Origin: an uncultured Candidatus Saccharibacteria bacterium
GTDB lineage: Bacteria; Patescibacteriota; Minisyncoccia; Phycocordibacterales; XYD1-FULL-46-19
Direction: 5' to 3'
Length of the DNA: 64,000 bases
Assembly: GCA_964355855.1 (NCBI GenBank)
Contig: CAYHFD010000001.1
Location: 9,921-73,920 of the forward strand
Part shown: piece after piece, positions 28,911 to 39,610 of the stretch
How positions within the stretch are numbered: position 1 is the stretch's first letter
Layout: each line of letters begins with the position of its first letter
Made by a program: the position numbers and the translations under genes
The notes under the pieces: model-generated
What the model saw: only the letters and a program-made list of their open reading frames with translations
Told to the model about the DNA's origin: nothing
Databases searched by the model: none

Positions 28911-28934
28911 TAAACTAATTCCGCAATAAAAATT

Positions 28935-29327
28935 TTAAGAAAAAATATCCGCTAAAGCCTGCCAGCCCGCTGTCCACCAACCACCATTACTTTTATTATT
29001 TATTTTAACACTTGAGGTTGATTCTCCTTCCACGATAGTTATGACTTTCTCGCCTGGTTTTAGGACTGAATAATTTTTTCTTATTTCCTCTTCTTGACCT
29101 CGATCAGTGCGCAACCAGACTACTTTTTTTTGCAATTCGCTTTTTTGGCCCTCAAGTTCGGTCAAGCTACCTTCAGCTTGTTTTTTACCAGCTCCCGCCA
29201 AATGATTTTTAGCATACACGCCCCAAACAGCCTTACTCATAAAAAGCACCAACAGGAGCAAGGCAACAATAGTAACTTTAGAATATATAAACCGTCGCAC
29301 CCGCCGTCGGCCTTGAAAATCTCTCAT
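28935..29327 (-). CDS. Septum formation initiator (FtsB/DivIC-like)
   Basis: TM plus coiled coil, then E..IR.....KPGEKVI. Confidence 0.78.
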   Translation of the reverse strand: MRDFQGRRRVRRFIYSKVTIVALLLLVLFMSKAVWGVYAKNHLAGAGKKQAEGSLTELEGQKSELQKKVVWLRTDRGQEEEIRKNYSVLKPGEKVITIVEGESTSSVKINNKSNGGWWTAGWQALADIFS

Positions 29328-29348
29328 ATTAGAATTATACTACACTCC

Positions 29349-29462
29349 ATGTTATACGGACGCAATCAGCAGAAATATATCAGAATCATTGCTATGGTGG
29401 TAGGAGTGCTTACCATTATTAGCATGGTTGCCTTGTACTCTCTGCCCTTCCTATTCAACTGA
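29349..29462 (+). CDS. Small membrane peptide (37 aa)
   Basis: MLYGRNQQKYIRIIAMVVGVLTIISMVALYSLPFLFN; leaderless-type start. Confidence 0.45.
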   Translation: MLYGRNQQKYIRIIAMVVGVLTIISMVALYSLPFLFN

Positions 29463-31253
29463 TTTCATCATCTTTAAGAAAACGTCCTGCGGGATGTTAA
29501 CCTTGCCGATTTTTTGCATTTTCTTCTTACCTTTTTTCTGTTTCTCCCGCAGTTTCATTTTGCGGGTAATGTCTCCGCCATAAAGATAGTCTGTTACATC
29601 TTTGCGTAAAGCCGAAATAGTCCGGGAAGAAATAATTCGTCCCATGGCTTTGGCTTGAATTTTTATAGTAATAAGTTGCTTAGGCAAAAGCTTTTTTAGC
29701 TTATCGGCCGCTTCGGCGGCTTCGGTTTCAACTCGTCGGCGAGCCACTATCCGCGTGAAGGCACCAATAATGTCTTCGTTTATCAAAACATCAAGGCGCA
29801 CGACATCGGCCAGGCGACTATCGATCATCACATATGAAAAACTCGCGTAACCCGAGGTTACACTTTTTACTTCATCAAAAAAGTTTCGCATTAGCTCGCG
29901 CAGGGGCATTTCAATAGTCAAGTTAGTCCGGTTATCGCCAAAGTTATCCATATCAGAAATATCGGCTTCATGCTCGTATAAAATAGCCATTAAACTATTC
30001 AGATAATTTACCGGTAATATCAATTTAACCTTGACCCAAGTTTCCAATACTTCTTTATTTTTTAAGTCTTCTGGAAAAAGATGGGGGGAATAAATGGTTT
30101 CCACTTCATTGGTTTTAATATCACGAACATCGTAGCTAATAGTTGGGGTAGCAATAATGAGTGACAAACTGAACTCGCGACGCAAACGCTCGGTAATTAT
30201 TTCCAAATGTAACATACCCAAAAAACCACAACGAAAACCTCGCCCCAGCGAGCCAGACGATTCTTCTTCAAAGGATAGCGCGGCATCTTCTAACTGAAGC
30301 CGTTCGAGTGATTGACGCAAAATGGGAAAATCATCCTGGCCTTCTGGATAAATACTGGCCCAAACCACCGGCGGAGCGGTTTTATAACCCGGCACCGCCG
30401 GCAAAGGATTTATCGGCTGAACCAAAGTGTCACCCACCTTGGTCCCACCAGCCGCCTTGATACCGGTCACCACGTAGCCTATTTCGCCAGCTTTAATTTC
30501 ATTAATAACTGTTTTGACTGGCGCAAACACACCCGCTTCAAGAATAGTAAATTTTTCACCGGAAGCCGCAAAAACAAGAGTGTCTCCTTTTTTTAGTGAG
30601 CCATCTACTACTCGCACATACACAATCACTCCGCGATGAGTTGAATATTCAAAATCAAACACCAAACCCCTAGTGCCACCCCGGCCAGCATATTCAGATT
30701 CTGGCGGTGGTATTTTATCAATAATAGTCGAAAACAAACCAACTACTCCTTCTCCAGTCTTACCTGAAACTGCTACAATATCTTCTCGCTTACAACCCAA
30801 AAGTTTAACCACTTCTTCTTTGGTTTCCTCTACACGAGCGCTGGGTAAATCTATTTTATTGATCACTGGGATAATCAGCAGATTTTCCGCGCGGGCCATG
30901 TCAAGCACCGACAAGGTCTGGGCCTGCACACCTTGGGTGGCGTCAATAAGAAGTAGCACCCCCTCAACCGCCTTTAGTGCCCGCGACACCTCATAAGAGA
31001 AATCAATATGGCCAGGCGTATCAATTAAATTTAGAACATAGGTTTTACCCCCAGCCTCATATCTCATCCGCACTGGTTGCATTTTTATCGTTATGCCCCG
31101 CTCTCGCTCTAGGTCCATAGAATCAAGAACTTGTTCTTTCATCTTTCGTTTTTCAATCGTCGAAGTCACCTCTAGCATGCGATCGGCTAGGGTTGATTTG
31201 CCATGGTCAATATGAGCAATTATCGAGAAATTGCGGACAAATTCATTTCGCAT
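29451..31253 (-). CDS. lepA: Elongation factor 4
   Basis: IAHIDHGKSTLADR, GFRCGFLGMLH, YGGDITRKMKL. Confidence 0.97.
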   Translation of the reverse strand: MRNEFVRNFSIIAHIDHGKSTLADRMLEVTSTIEKRKMKEQVLDSMDLERERGITIKMQPVRMRYEAGGKTYVLNLIDTPGHIDFSYEVSRALKAVEGVLLLIDATQGVQAQTLSVLDMARAENLLIIPVINKIDLPSARVEETKEEVVKLLGCKREDIVAVSGKTGEGVVGLFSTIIDKIPPPESEYAGRGGTRGLVFDFEYSTHRGVIVYVRVVDGSLKKGDTLVFAASGEKFTILEAGVFAPVKTVINEIKAGEIGYVVTGIKAAGGTKVGDTLVQPINPLPAVPGYKTAPPVVWASIYPEGQDDFPILRQSLERLQLEDAALSFEEESSGSLGRGFRCGFLGMLHLEIITERLRREFSLSLIIATPTISYDVRDIKTNEVETIYSPHLFPEDLKNKEVLETWVKVKLILPVNYLNSLMAILYEHEADISDMDNFGDNRTNLTIEMPLRELMRNFFDEVKSVTSGYASFSYVMIDSRLADVVRLDVLINEDIIGAFTRIVARRRVETEAAEAADKLKKLLPKQLITIKIQAKAMGRIISSRTISALRKDVTDYLYGGDITRKMKLREKQKKGKKKMQKIGKVNIPQDVFLKMMKSVE

Positions 31254-31314
31254 ATGGTAATACTAGCGGAAAAAGGACGAAGGGCAAGTTGTCTGGGCTT
31301 AAACCTAGATAAAA

Positions 31315-32991
31315 TTATATTTCCTCTTCCTCCACCCGAATTGGTTCCCGCCACACCCTGGCCGACAAAGCATTGGTAAACTCGGCCAACTCGACACTTT
31401 TTAAAATAAAAAAAATCAAAATAGCTGACATAATTCCCGACACTCCGGCCCCTAGACCTTGCAAAAATATGCCAACATAAGTCTCCTGATCAACATATGG
31501 AGCAAGTAATAGTAAACTATGATAGGTAACAAAACCAGCTACCACTGCCGCGGAAAAAGAACGAAAGGCCGACTGATATACCAACGGACTAAAAGCCCCA
31601 AAGTCTCGGCGAAACACCCACCAATAAATAATGGCGTTTAGGGTCAGACCAAGAGAGTAGGCCAAAGGTAGAGTCAAAATAATAGTTCCTGGTACATTGT
31701 CGACCCGCAATAGTAATTCTATAAAATAGCGAAAAACTAAAACATTTTTGAAAAAATAAATTAAAATAAAAGCTAAAATAATTACCCCTATCGATGATAT
31801 AATATTAGCCAAAAGAGGCACTTTAGTCCGACCACTAGCATAATAGACCCGAACAAAAAGCTGCACAAAACTCTGGGCCACAACTGAAACCACAAACACC
31901 GCTAAGCCCGCGGCTACTAACCTAGTGTCTGACCAACTAAAATTTCCCGCCCCCAAAATGACGCGCACGATTTGGGCGCGCAGGACAATAAAAAGCACCA
32001 TGGCCGGCAGTGACCAAAAAAAGATGTGGCGAATCGCCGTTTCTATTTTACCGACAAATTTTTTGGTTTCCCCTCTCGAAAAAAGAGCAGCTAGAGTTGG
32101 AAAGGCGGCCACCGAATAGCTAACCCCAATTATAATAAGTGGGACCGATTGTAAGTTAAAGGCCAAATTAAATACTGTAATTGAACCGACGGCCATCAAT
32201 GATCCAAGGGCCACCAAAACCGCTAGCGATATTTGATGGGTGGCTAAAGTAAGGGTTCGAGGCAAAGACATAAACACCACTTCTTTTATTTCTTTGAAAT
32301 TTATATGAACTGTAAATGACGGCAATAGACCAAGCCGATAAACACTGGGCAGTTGAATGAGCATGTGCAAAACAGCGCCAACAATCACACCCCAGACCAA
32401 TCCAACCAAACCCATTGTTGGATAGAAAAAAACTATACCCACAATTATACCAAGATTGTATAAAACTGGACTTAGAATATACGCAAAAAATTTACGATAG
32501 CTTTGGGTTATGCCACCCAAAAAGTTAGACAACCCCAAAAGTAGGGGCGATAAGAGTAAAATTCGTGAAAGTAAAATCAATTCTTGTTTAGCTTCTGGCG
32601 TAAAACCCGGGGCAATCAAACCAGAAAAATACGGCATTGTTATGAAAAAAAACAAACCCATTAAACAGGTCGTTCCCACAAACACCGTACTAACACCACT
32701 TAAAAACCGGCGAACTTTTTCTTCTCCTCCTTCCTCTTTCTTTTTTAAAATAAAAGGAATTAAAACAGTGACAGATACCACCGACGCAAATGTGACATAA
32801 ATTAGGTCAGGAATCCGAAAAGCCGAATAATATATATCTAGTTCGGTGCTGGCCCCAAAAGTAGAAGCTAACAAGCGGTCGCGTAGTAGAGCCAGCACTT
32901 GGGCCGCCAGTGAGGACATACCCAAAAGAAAGGCTGCTTGATGCAAGCCACTCCATTCCTTATACAAAAGTGAGAGTAGTCTAGTTACCAC
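31315..32991 (-). CDS. murJ: Lipid II flippase MurJ
   Basis: LLRDRLLA..FG, AFRIPD, multi-TM MOP fold. Confidence 0.88.
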   Translation of the reverse strand: MVTRLLSLLYKEWSGLHQAAFLLGMSSLAAQVLALLRDRLLASTFGASTELDIYYSAFRIPDLIYVTFASVVSVTVLIPFILKKKEEGGEEKVRRFLSGVSTVFVGTTCLMGLFFFITMPYFSGLIAPGFTPEAKQELILLSRILLLSPLLLGLSNFLGGITQSYRKFFAYILSPVLYNLGIIVGIVFFYPTMGLVGLVWGVIVGAVLHMLIQLPSVYRLGLLPSFTVHINFKEIKEVVFMSLPRTLTLATHQISLAVLVALGSLMAVGSITVFNLAFNLQSVPLIIIGVSYSVAAFPTLAALFSRGETKKFVGKIETAIRHIFFWSLPAMVLFIVLRAQIVRVILGAGNFSWSDTRLVAAGLAVFVVSVVAQSFVQLFVRVYYASGRTKVPLLANIISSIGVIILAFILIYFFKNVLVFRYFIELLLRVDNVPGTIILTLPLAYSLGLTLNAIIYWWVFRRDFGAFSPLVYQSAFRSFSAAVVAGFVTYHSLLLLAPYVDQETYVGIFLQGLGAGVSGIMSAILIFFILKSVELAEFTNALSARVWREPIRVEEEEI

Positions 32992-33003
32992 CTTAGCGGG
33001 TAC

Positions 33004-35478
33004 TTAATTGGCGGGTTCGCTCGCCACTTCGTCAGCCTTGGCTGTATCATCACCTCCTTTGGTTTCATTGCCTGTATTTTCTTCTTCGCCACCTTTATTA
33101 GTATTTACCCCACCCACTCCAGCCAAAGCGTCGCGACCCGCCCGAATATTACGGATTATTTGTTTAACTTCGGCATTGTCAGGGTTAAATTTAGCAATCA
33201 ATTCAAATTGCTCAATCGCTTTATCAGCTTGACCATTTTCCGCGTAAGCTAGACCCAAGAAATATGAAGCATTAGCATTTAGACCATTTGGACTAAGGGC
33301 CAAGACCCGTTGCATAGCGCTAATTGCTCCCACAAAATCACCCGAGCGGTAACGCAAGAAACCAAGTTGAAAATATAGACCCGAATCATTGGTAATAGTT
33401 TGCACCGCCTGTTCTAGGCGACGAATAGCCGCCGGCGCGCCAGTATTTTGAATATCTAGTTGGGCTAATAATAATATAGATGAACTGTAGTTAGATTTAA
33501 TAGCCAGAGCTTGTTCTAGGTAGTCTCGGGCCGAAGTAAATTTATTTTGACTGATCTCTAAGCGCGCCAAAGCCAGTAATATCTCGGGATTATTTTTGTT
33601 GACCTTCAAAGCAGTTTGGTAGGTCGACAATGCCTGTTCGTAGGCCCCCGTTACCCCCAGTCCAGCTAGATACTCATAAACATTACCCAAAGACATAATA
33701 TTAGCACTGTCAGATGGATTGATTTTGACGGCTTCTTCACTAGAACCAATAGCCGCGGTAATAACATTTTGTAACAATGGTTGAATCTCTTCGATTTTAC
33801 CTTCACTTGATGATAATAATTTGTTTAGTTCCTGAATTTTAACACTAGAGAACACGCGAAAATATAATGGATCGCCATTATTTAAATTGATGGCCTTTAT
33901 TATATTAGAACTGGCCGACTCAACATTACCCACACTTAAGGCCGACAAGGCTTTTTGATAAGTAATAACCGACCACATGCGCTGAACCAATAAGTAGCCA
34001 CTAGCGATGGTGATAATTAGGATTAGCACTAACACCAAAAGCGACACAAAATAGTTACGGGGATTGGAATAAAATTTTATCGACAGTTGAGGTAGAGTTT
34101 TGCCGGCCACTAAAGAAGCCACAAAAATACCGGTCATAATGAAGAGGAAGGCAAAACCAAAAGCATCTGGGGTATAGACAATAGACATGACCCAAAAATA
34201 GACCATCCCAGTAAAAGATGAGACGATTAGAAACTTGGTTAAAGGGTCACTGGGTATATTTTTAGACGCCTGCCAGGCGGTATAGAGAATAGCAAATATA
34301 AACAAGAGCCAAGCCAATATCCCCACCGCCCCGGTCGTCACCGCAAAGGTCGGTATAATACCCACCGCATCAGCAAAATTAACATTCCAATATTGCATTT
34401 CATTGACCAGACGTGGTTTATGAATTGACCAAGCGCTACTAAAATTACTTGGACCCACTCCGGTCAACGGATCTTTCAGTAACACCTCTTTTATCACCCC
34501 ACCTGTACTAAGCCAACCCGGCCGAACCTCAACAAACGAAATATTTAATTGGTTATAAACAGAACCAAGACCGTCAGCCAACAAACCACCAGGTCGACCC
34601 AAAATCAAAAACAGTAAAGCAATTAAAAGAACGAAAAAAGATGGCCTAAATATTTGTTTACCCTCCATACTGTTTTTGATTGTTTCCGGGGCATCCCCAG
34701 CTGTTCTTGAGGCGATAGAAAATACAAAAGTAAAAAGAGCCACTAGTCCAACCGCTAGCCAAGCAATAATAAAGTTGGTTAAAGCCAACATAAACACCGA
34801 CAGAGAAAGTGAGGCAATAGCTAACCACTTTAAAATTCTCTTACTACCCAAAATTGGCAATTCAAGCATTAATAACGAAATGATAGCGGTAAAACCAAAA
34901 TAAACACTCATTTCATACCATTTACCGATCAAGGTCTGAGGTAAATAATTAAAAATACCTGGTGCAAATGTACCACCAATTAAAAATACTAAAATATGAA
35001 ATAACGCCACTACTACCGAAACTAACGATAAGGTTAGAAAGAAATTAAATAATCGTTTACGACTATCAAACATCATCATTATCAGAAAAGACAAGAGTGA
35101 TAATGCCAATATCGATAACATGGTTCCCGACTGATAAAGTGGTCCAACCAAAGAATACTTTGGACTAGGAGAAAAAATACCCGCAATTAGGAAAGCAATC
35201 GGTAAAATTGGTAGAGCAAAGGTAATAATACTTTGAGGTAGTTTTATTTCCCCGGCCTGGAGTCGACCAACAATCCACAAGGCAATAGCCACCACCAAAA
35301 TACCAAAAATAAAAAACTTCTTACTTACGTCTGGAGCCAGACCAAACATTGGAAAAGTTACCAGCGGTAAAAGAACTGCCCCTACAAACAGAACCCAAAA
35401 TGAAGCCAGATCGGCGGTAATAAAAGATTTAATTGTAGGCTGAACTTCTTTGTCCATCAAATTTTTGACTATAGGCAT
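33004..35478 (-). CDS. Polytopic membrane protein (O-antigen ligase-like) with C-terminal TPRs
   Basis: About 12 TM, PLTGVGPSNF, TPR repeats. Confidence 0.75.
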   Translation of the reverse strand: MPIVKNLMDKEVQPTIKSFITADLASFWVLFVGAVLLPLVTFPMFGLAPDVSKKFFIFGILVVAIALWIVGRLQAGEIKLPQSIITFALPILPIAFLIAGIFSPSPKYSLVGPLYQSGTMLSILALSLLSFLIMMMFDSRKRLFNFFLTLSLVSVVVALFHILVFLIGGTFAPGIFNYLPQTLIGKWYEMSVYFGFTAIISLLMLELPILGSKRILKWLAIASLSLSVFMLALTNFIIAWLAVGLVALFTFVFSIASRTAGDAPETIKNSMEGKQIFRPSFFVLLIALLFLILGRPGGLLADGLGSVYNQLNISFVEVRPGWLSTGGVIKEVLLKDPLTGVGPSNFSSAWSIHKPRLVNEMQYWNVNFADAVGIIPTFAVTTGAVGILAWLLFIFAILYTAWQASKNIPSDPLTKFLIVSSFTGMVYFWVMSIVYTPDAFGFAFLFIMTGIFVASLVAGKTLPQLSIKFYSNPRNYFVSLLVLVLILIITIASGYLLVQRMWSVITYQKALSALSVGNVESASSNIIKAINLNNGDPLYFRVFSSVKIQELNKLLSSSEGKIEEIQPLLQNVITAAIGSSEEAVKINPSDSANIMSLGNVYEYLAGLGVTGAYEQALSTYQTALKVNKNNPEILLALARLEISQNKFTSARDYLEQALAIKSNYSSSILLLAQLDIQNTGAPAAIRRLEQAVQTITNDSGLYFQLGFLRYRSGDFVGAISAMQRVLALSPNGLNANASYFLGLAYAENGQADKAIEQFELIAKFNPDNAEVKQIIRNIRAGRDALAGVGGVNTNKGGEEENTGNETKGGDDTAKADEVASEPAN

Positions 35479-35545
35479 ATTATTTATTATCAGTTAGCTT
35501 TATATTTTTTTATTAGTATACTAGATTTGAGCTATAACCTCCAGT

Positions 35546-35782
35546 ATGAAGCCTATCCCCCACCAATCCAAAAATCGCCTTACTGGTTGTATTTCTATCA
35601 GAAAAGCGGCCGAGATTTTACTGGTTTCCCTATCAGCCCTTAGAAAATGGGACCGAATGGGGATATTAAAGGCCTACCGCAACCCAAAAAATAATTATCG
35701 CCTTTATCACATTAACGATTTACAAAAATTTGCCCAAGAGAAGGGCCTAAAATCTAAACCCAAACGAATATTAAAAGACTGA
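35546..35782 (+). CDS. MerR-type HTH protein
   Basis: SIRKAAEIL.VS.SALRKWD..G.LKAYRNPKNNYRLY. Confidence 0.8.
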   Translation: MKPIPHQSKNRLTGCISIRKAAEILLVSLSALRKWDRMGILKAYRNPKNNYRLYHINDLQKFAQEKGLKSKPKRILKD

Positions 35783-35821
35783 AAGCAAAAACCCCCGCGT
35801 AAGCGGGGGTTTTCGATATAA

Positions 35822-36268
35822 TTGCCTTTTGTTTATAAGCCGAATTCTGTACCGAGCACCACTTCTGACACCCACATTCTTATTAGAAAACACTAAGTAA
35901 GTGTAAATTGATTTGCTAGTGAAAGTTAGACAGTCAGTAGCAGAAGTGGTGCTCGGCGATAGCCATTTATCTGGGATGACTGTCGCCAGCCACCTCAAGC
36001 GGCACAAACCAGTGCAAAGCACTGGAGTACGACCTTGCATTCGGGTAGGTATTTTGCCGTTTCAATCTTCAGGTTTCCCTGAAGCTTCACCCCAAAGGGT
36101 GCCTTTGCCTCTCGGCTAGGGCGTCACTGCTCTCAACCCTCGGATTGCTCCGGACAGGCGTTACCTGCTACCTTGTTCCACCATCTAAAGATAGTGGGAA
36201 TGTTCGGACTTTCCTCTATCAGCCCGCCCAATCGGGCAAACTGACAGTAGCTATCCAACAAAAGGCAA
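35822..36268 (-). ncRNA. rnpB: RNase P RNA
   Basis: GAGGAAAGTCCGAAC and ACAGAATTCGGCTTAT conserved motifs; P1 ttgccttttgtt / aacaaaaggcaa. Confidence 0.93.
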
Positions 36269-36318
36269 CCTAAATTATAACATTTTTAGGCAATACAAGC
36301 AATATATCCTCTATAATT

Positions 36319-36942
36319 TTAAAACTTAACCTCAACTGGATTTCTAGCCCCTTCCTCCCCCGCGCCTAATTCAAAAAACTCCCGTTTGGTGAATTTAAAA
36401 ATGCCAGCGATAAAATTTGAAGGAAAACTTTCTATTTTGGTGTTCAAATCACGAACATTGCCATTGTAGAAACGACGAGCGGCCTGAATTTTATTTTCGG
36501 TATCACTAAGTTCACGTTGTAGCTCTAGAAAATTAGTATTGGCTTTCAAGTCGGGATAACTTTCCGACACCGCAAACAATGACTTAAGCGCGCCACTAAG
36601 CATATTTTCCGCTTGTTCATGTTCTTTCACTGTTCCCGCTTGCATGGCCATTGTCCGAGCTTCGGTGACTTTGGCTAAGGTGCCTGCTTCGTGACCAGCA
36701 TAGCCCTTGACTGTATTCACCAAATTAGGAATCAGGTCATAGCGCCGTTTGAGCTGAACATCGATATCCGCCCACGCTTCCTTGGTGCGATTAACCAAAA
36801 CCACAAAACCGTTATACATAACACCAAGCCAAATTAACACCAGAGCCACCAGGGCGATAATATTAAACTCCCACGGAATCAAATCAAAGAAACCACTTAG
36901 GATTAGCAAGATTGCAATAATTCCCACAATAATATTAGACAT
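36319..36942 (-). CDS. lemA: LemA family protein
   Basis: AWADIDVQLKRRYDLIPNLV, ESYPDLKAN, ARRFYN. Confidence 0.93.
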   Translation of the reverse strand: MSNIIVGIIAILLILSGFFDLIPWEFNIIALVALVLIWLGVMYNGFVVLVNRTKEAWADIDVQLKRRYDLIPNLVNTVKGYAGHEAGTLAKVTEARTMAMQAGTVKEHEQAENMLSGALKSLFAVSESYPDLKANTNFLELQRELSDTENKIQAARRFYNGNVRDLNTKIESFPSNFIAGIFKFTKREFFELGAGEEGARNPVEVKF

Positions 36943-36997
36943 AAAAGTTATTAGATTAACCTATAAATCACTTAGCCACAGGATAACAAAAAAACCG

Positions 36998-37057
36998 CTA
37001 AAAAGCGACAAAAAAAACCACCATCTTTAGAATGGTGGTTTTTTTGTCGCTTTTTAT
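36998..37057. terminator. Long near-perfect hairpin terminator after groEL
   Basis: taaaaagcgacaaaaaaaaccaccat / atggtggtttttttgtcgcttttta. Confidence 0.8.
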
Positions 37058-37075
37058 TTAACCAAACTTAAATCC

Positions 37076-38731
37076 CTAATACCCCATTCCCATATCGCCA
37101 CCACCACGGGTGGGCGGTTCTTCTTTTTTCGGAATCTCGGTGATCGCCACGCCAATAGTCAAATAGTTGGCCGCCACTGATATAGCATTGGTAAAAGCCA
37201 TTTTGGTTACTTTGAGTGGGTCCACAATGCCCGCTTTTTTCAAGTCTTCAATCTTATTAGACGCCGCATTAAACCCTAGCCAGGTCCGCGCCGACTTGTC
37301 TTTGACTTCCGCTTTTTTGGCTTTTAATTCGTCCATAATAATGACCGCTCCTTCTCCACTATTTTCGATAATCGCAGTGAGTGGTGAACACGCCACTTTT
37401 TCTAAAATTTCACGCGCATGGTCGGCCACTACATCACCACTGTTCTCGCCAGACATCGTGAGACTAACATTAAAGAGAGCAATTCCTCCCCCTGGCACCA
37501 CCCCTTCTTCCATCGCCGCGCGCGTCGCGGCCACCGCGTCTTCCACTCGTTGTTTAAGTTCTTTTTGGGCCGATTCGGTTGGCGCCCCAATTTTTATTAC
37601 CGCTACCCCGCCGGCCAACTTACCAATCCGCTCGACCAACTTTTCTTTATCATATTTAGACTCGGTTTTGGCTAGTTGGGCCTTAATTTGGGTCAAACGA
37701 TTTTCAATATCCACTTTTTTACCCTTACCACCAACAATAACTGTTGAATCCTTAGACGACACAATTCGACGCGCTCGACCTAGTTGAGTCAGCTCAACAC
37801 TTTCTAATTTTAAACCAACGTCTTCCGAGATTACTTTGCCACCAGTAACCACGGCAATATCCTCCAACATTTCTTTCCGGCGGTCACCAAAACCCGGCGC
37901 CTTGATGGCCACACTGTTAAAAATACCCCGAATTTTATTTACAATAAGAGTCGTCAACGCTTCACTGTCCACATCTTCAGCAATAATCACCAAATCTTTT
38001 TTCCCGCTTTGGGCCATCTTTTCAATCAAGGGCAAAATATCTTTAATTGAAGAAATCTTTTTATCGGTGATGAGAATATAGGGGTCTTCGTATTGGGCCT
38101 CCATTTTTTCGGCATTAGTGACCATGTAGGGCGCAATATAGCCCTTGTCAAAAGACAAACCCTCTACCACTTCCGAGGAATTGGAAATAGTATTGGAGTC
38201 TTCAATGGTTATCACCCCCTCCTTGCCGACCGTTTTAAACACCCCCGCGATCAGCTCGCCAATTTCCTCGTCTTTAGCCGACAGAGTTGCTACTTCTTTA
38301 ATTTTACCAGCGTCTTTGACAGCTTCCGCCTGACTTTCTAAAGCTAAAATAATTTCGGCACTACCCTTTTTTATTTCATCGGCCAAGCGAATAACATTAA
38401 ACCCGCGGTCAGCAATCGCTTTTTCTCCTTCGGCAATTAGGGCTTGAGCTAAAATAATCGAAGTAGTGGTACCATCACCCACATTGTCATTGGTTTTATC
38501 AGCCGCTTGTTTCAAAAGTTCCGCCCCTAAATTTTCAAACCGATCCTCCAACTCAATTTCCTTGGCCACCGTCACCCCATCTAAGGTGACTTGAGGAGCA
38601 CCATAACTTTTTTCGATGACCACCGCGCGCCCCCGCGGGCCAAGGGTCATTTTGACCGCCTCGGACAACTGATCAATTCCGCGTTTCAAAGCCTTTCTGG
38701 CTTCATCATTAAAATAAATTTTTTTAGCCAT
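37076..38731 (-). CDS. groL: Chaperonin GroEL
   Basis: [26 protein letters not shown]-like tail. Confidence 0.97.
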   Translation of the reverse strand: MAKKIYFNDEARKALKRGIDQLSEAVKMTLGPRGRAVVIEKSYGAPQVTLDGVTVAKEIELEDRFENLGAELLKQAADKTNDNVGDGTTTSIILAQALIAEGEKAIADRGFNVIRLADEIKKGSAEIILALESQAEAVKDAGKIKEVATLSAKDEEIGELIAGVFKTVGKEGVITIEDSNTISNSSEVVEGLSFDKGYIAPYMVTNAEKMEAQYEDPYILITDKKISSIKDILPLIEKMAQSGKKDLVIIAEDVDSEALTTLIVNKIRGIFNSVAIKAPGFGDRRKEMLEDIAVVTGGKVISEDVGLKLESVELTQLGRARRIVSSKDSTVIVGGKGKKVDIENRLTQIKAQLAKTESKYDKEKLVERIGKLAGGVAVIKIGAPTESAQKELKQRVEDAVAATRAAMEEGVVPGGGIALFNVSLTMSGENSGDVVADHAREILEKVACSPLTAIIENSGEGAVIIMDELKAKKAEVKDKSARTWLGFNAASNKIEDLKKAGIVDPLKVTKMAFTNAISVAANYLTIGVAITEIPKKEEPPTRGGGDMGMGY

Positions 38732-38737
38732 ATTTTA

Positions 38738-39058
38738 TTATTCTTCGATTATAGCTAATATATTTGTCTCACTGACAATGAGATATTTTTCGTCATTAAT
38801 TTTTATTTCGTCCGGTCCATATTTGGAAAAAATAATATGCTGACCTTTTTTAACCCGAAGGGGAATAATTTTGCCATTTTCGTCAAGACGGCCTTCTCCT
38901 ACTGCTACCACCACCCCTTCTTCTGGACGCTCTTTATCTACTGTTTCGGGAATAATAATTCCAGACAGACTTGTTTTTTCTTGGTGCGAAGATCCAACCT
39001 CCACCAATACTCGGTCACCAAGGGGCACAATCCGTATTTTGCTTTTGGTCTTTTTCAT
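38738..39058 (-). CDS. groS: Co-chaperonin GroES
   Basis: PLGDRVLV, SGIIIP, VVAVGEG. Confidence 0.95.
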   Translation of the reverse strand: MKKTKSKIRIVPLGDRVLVEVGSSHQEKTSLSGIIIPETVDKERPEEGVVVAVGEGRLDENGKIIPLRVKKGQHIIFSKYGPDEIKINDEKYLIVSETNILAIIEE

Positions 39059-39293
39059 AGCGTAAAATTCAAAGCGTTTTTAAGCACTTTGATGATAAAT
39101 AAAGCTAATAATACAAGGCTATTATAAGAGCGCGGGGGGTAACAGTCAACACCCCCTCCACCCAGCGTCTCAATTTAAATTGTTGCAATTTTAATAATAT
39201 TTTGTATACTTGATTGGTAACGGATTCTGGCCTGAAACACATTAGGTACAGGATTACTCATTTCGCAAGAAATGTTCCGCTAACAACTATCTC

Positions 39294-39524
39294 ATGGAAA
39301 CTATAGCCCCTTTTCTACCTTGGCTACAAATTGTATTGTCCGTCCTCCTAATCGCTCTTATTTTGCTTCAGCAAAATGACTCAAGTTTGGGTGGTAGTTT
39401 TGGTGGCTCTGACTCGGCCACCCATGTCCATCGTAAAAGAGGAGCGGAAAAATATGTTTTTAATTTGACCATCGTAGTAGCAGCCTTGTTTATCGTAGCC
39501 GCGATTCTTTCTCTCTTTATCTAG
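39294..39524 (+). CDS. secG: Preprotein translocase SecG
   Basis: ILLQQ...LGGSFGG...RGAEK. Confidence 0.9.
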   Translation: METIAPFLPWLQIVLSVLLIALILLQQNDSSLGGSFGGSDSATHVHRKRGAEKYVFNLTIVVAALFIVAAILSLFI

Positions 39525-39610
39525 TATTCCTTCTATCAAAACTGGCTCCTTAAACTATTCACCACACAATAGAACTGTCTCCCTTTATCTGTAAAAATTA
39601 GTAATCATCC

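Noticed and set aside
35771-36119. ORFs within 35771-36119
   Set aside because: They lie inside the RNase P RNA gene.
39078-39110. CIRCE element upstream of groES
   Set aside because: Left half TAAGCACTT is similar, but the right half and spacing do not fit TTAGCACTC-N9-GAGTGCTAA.
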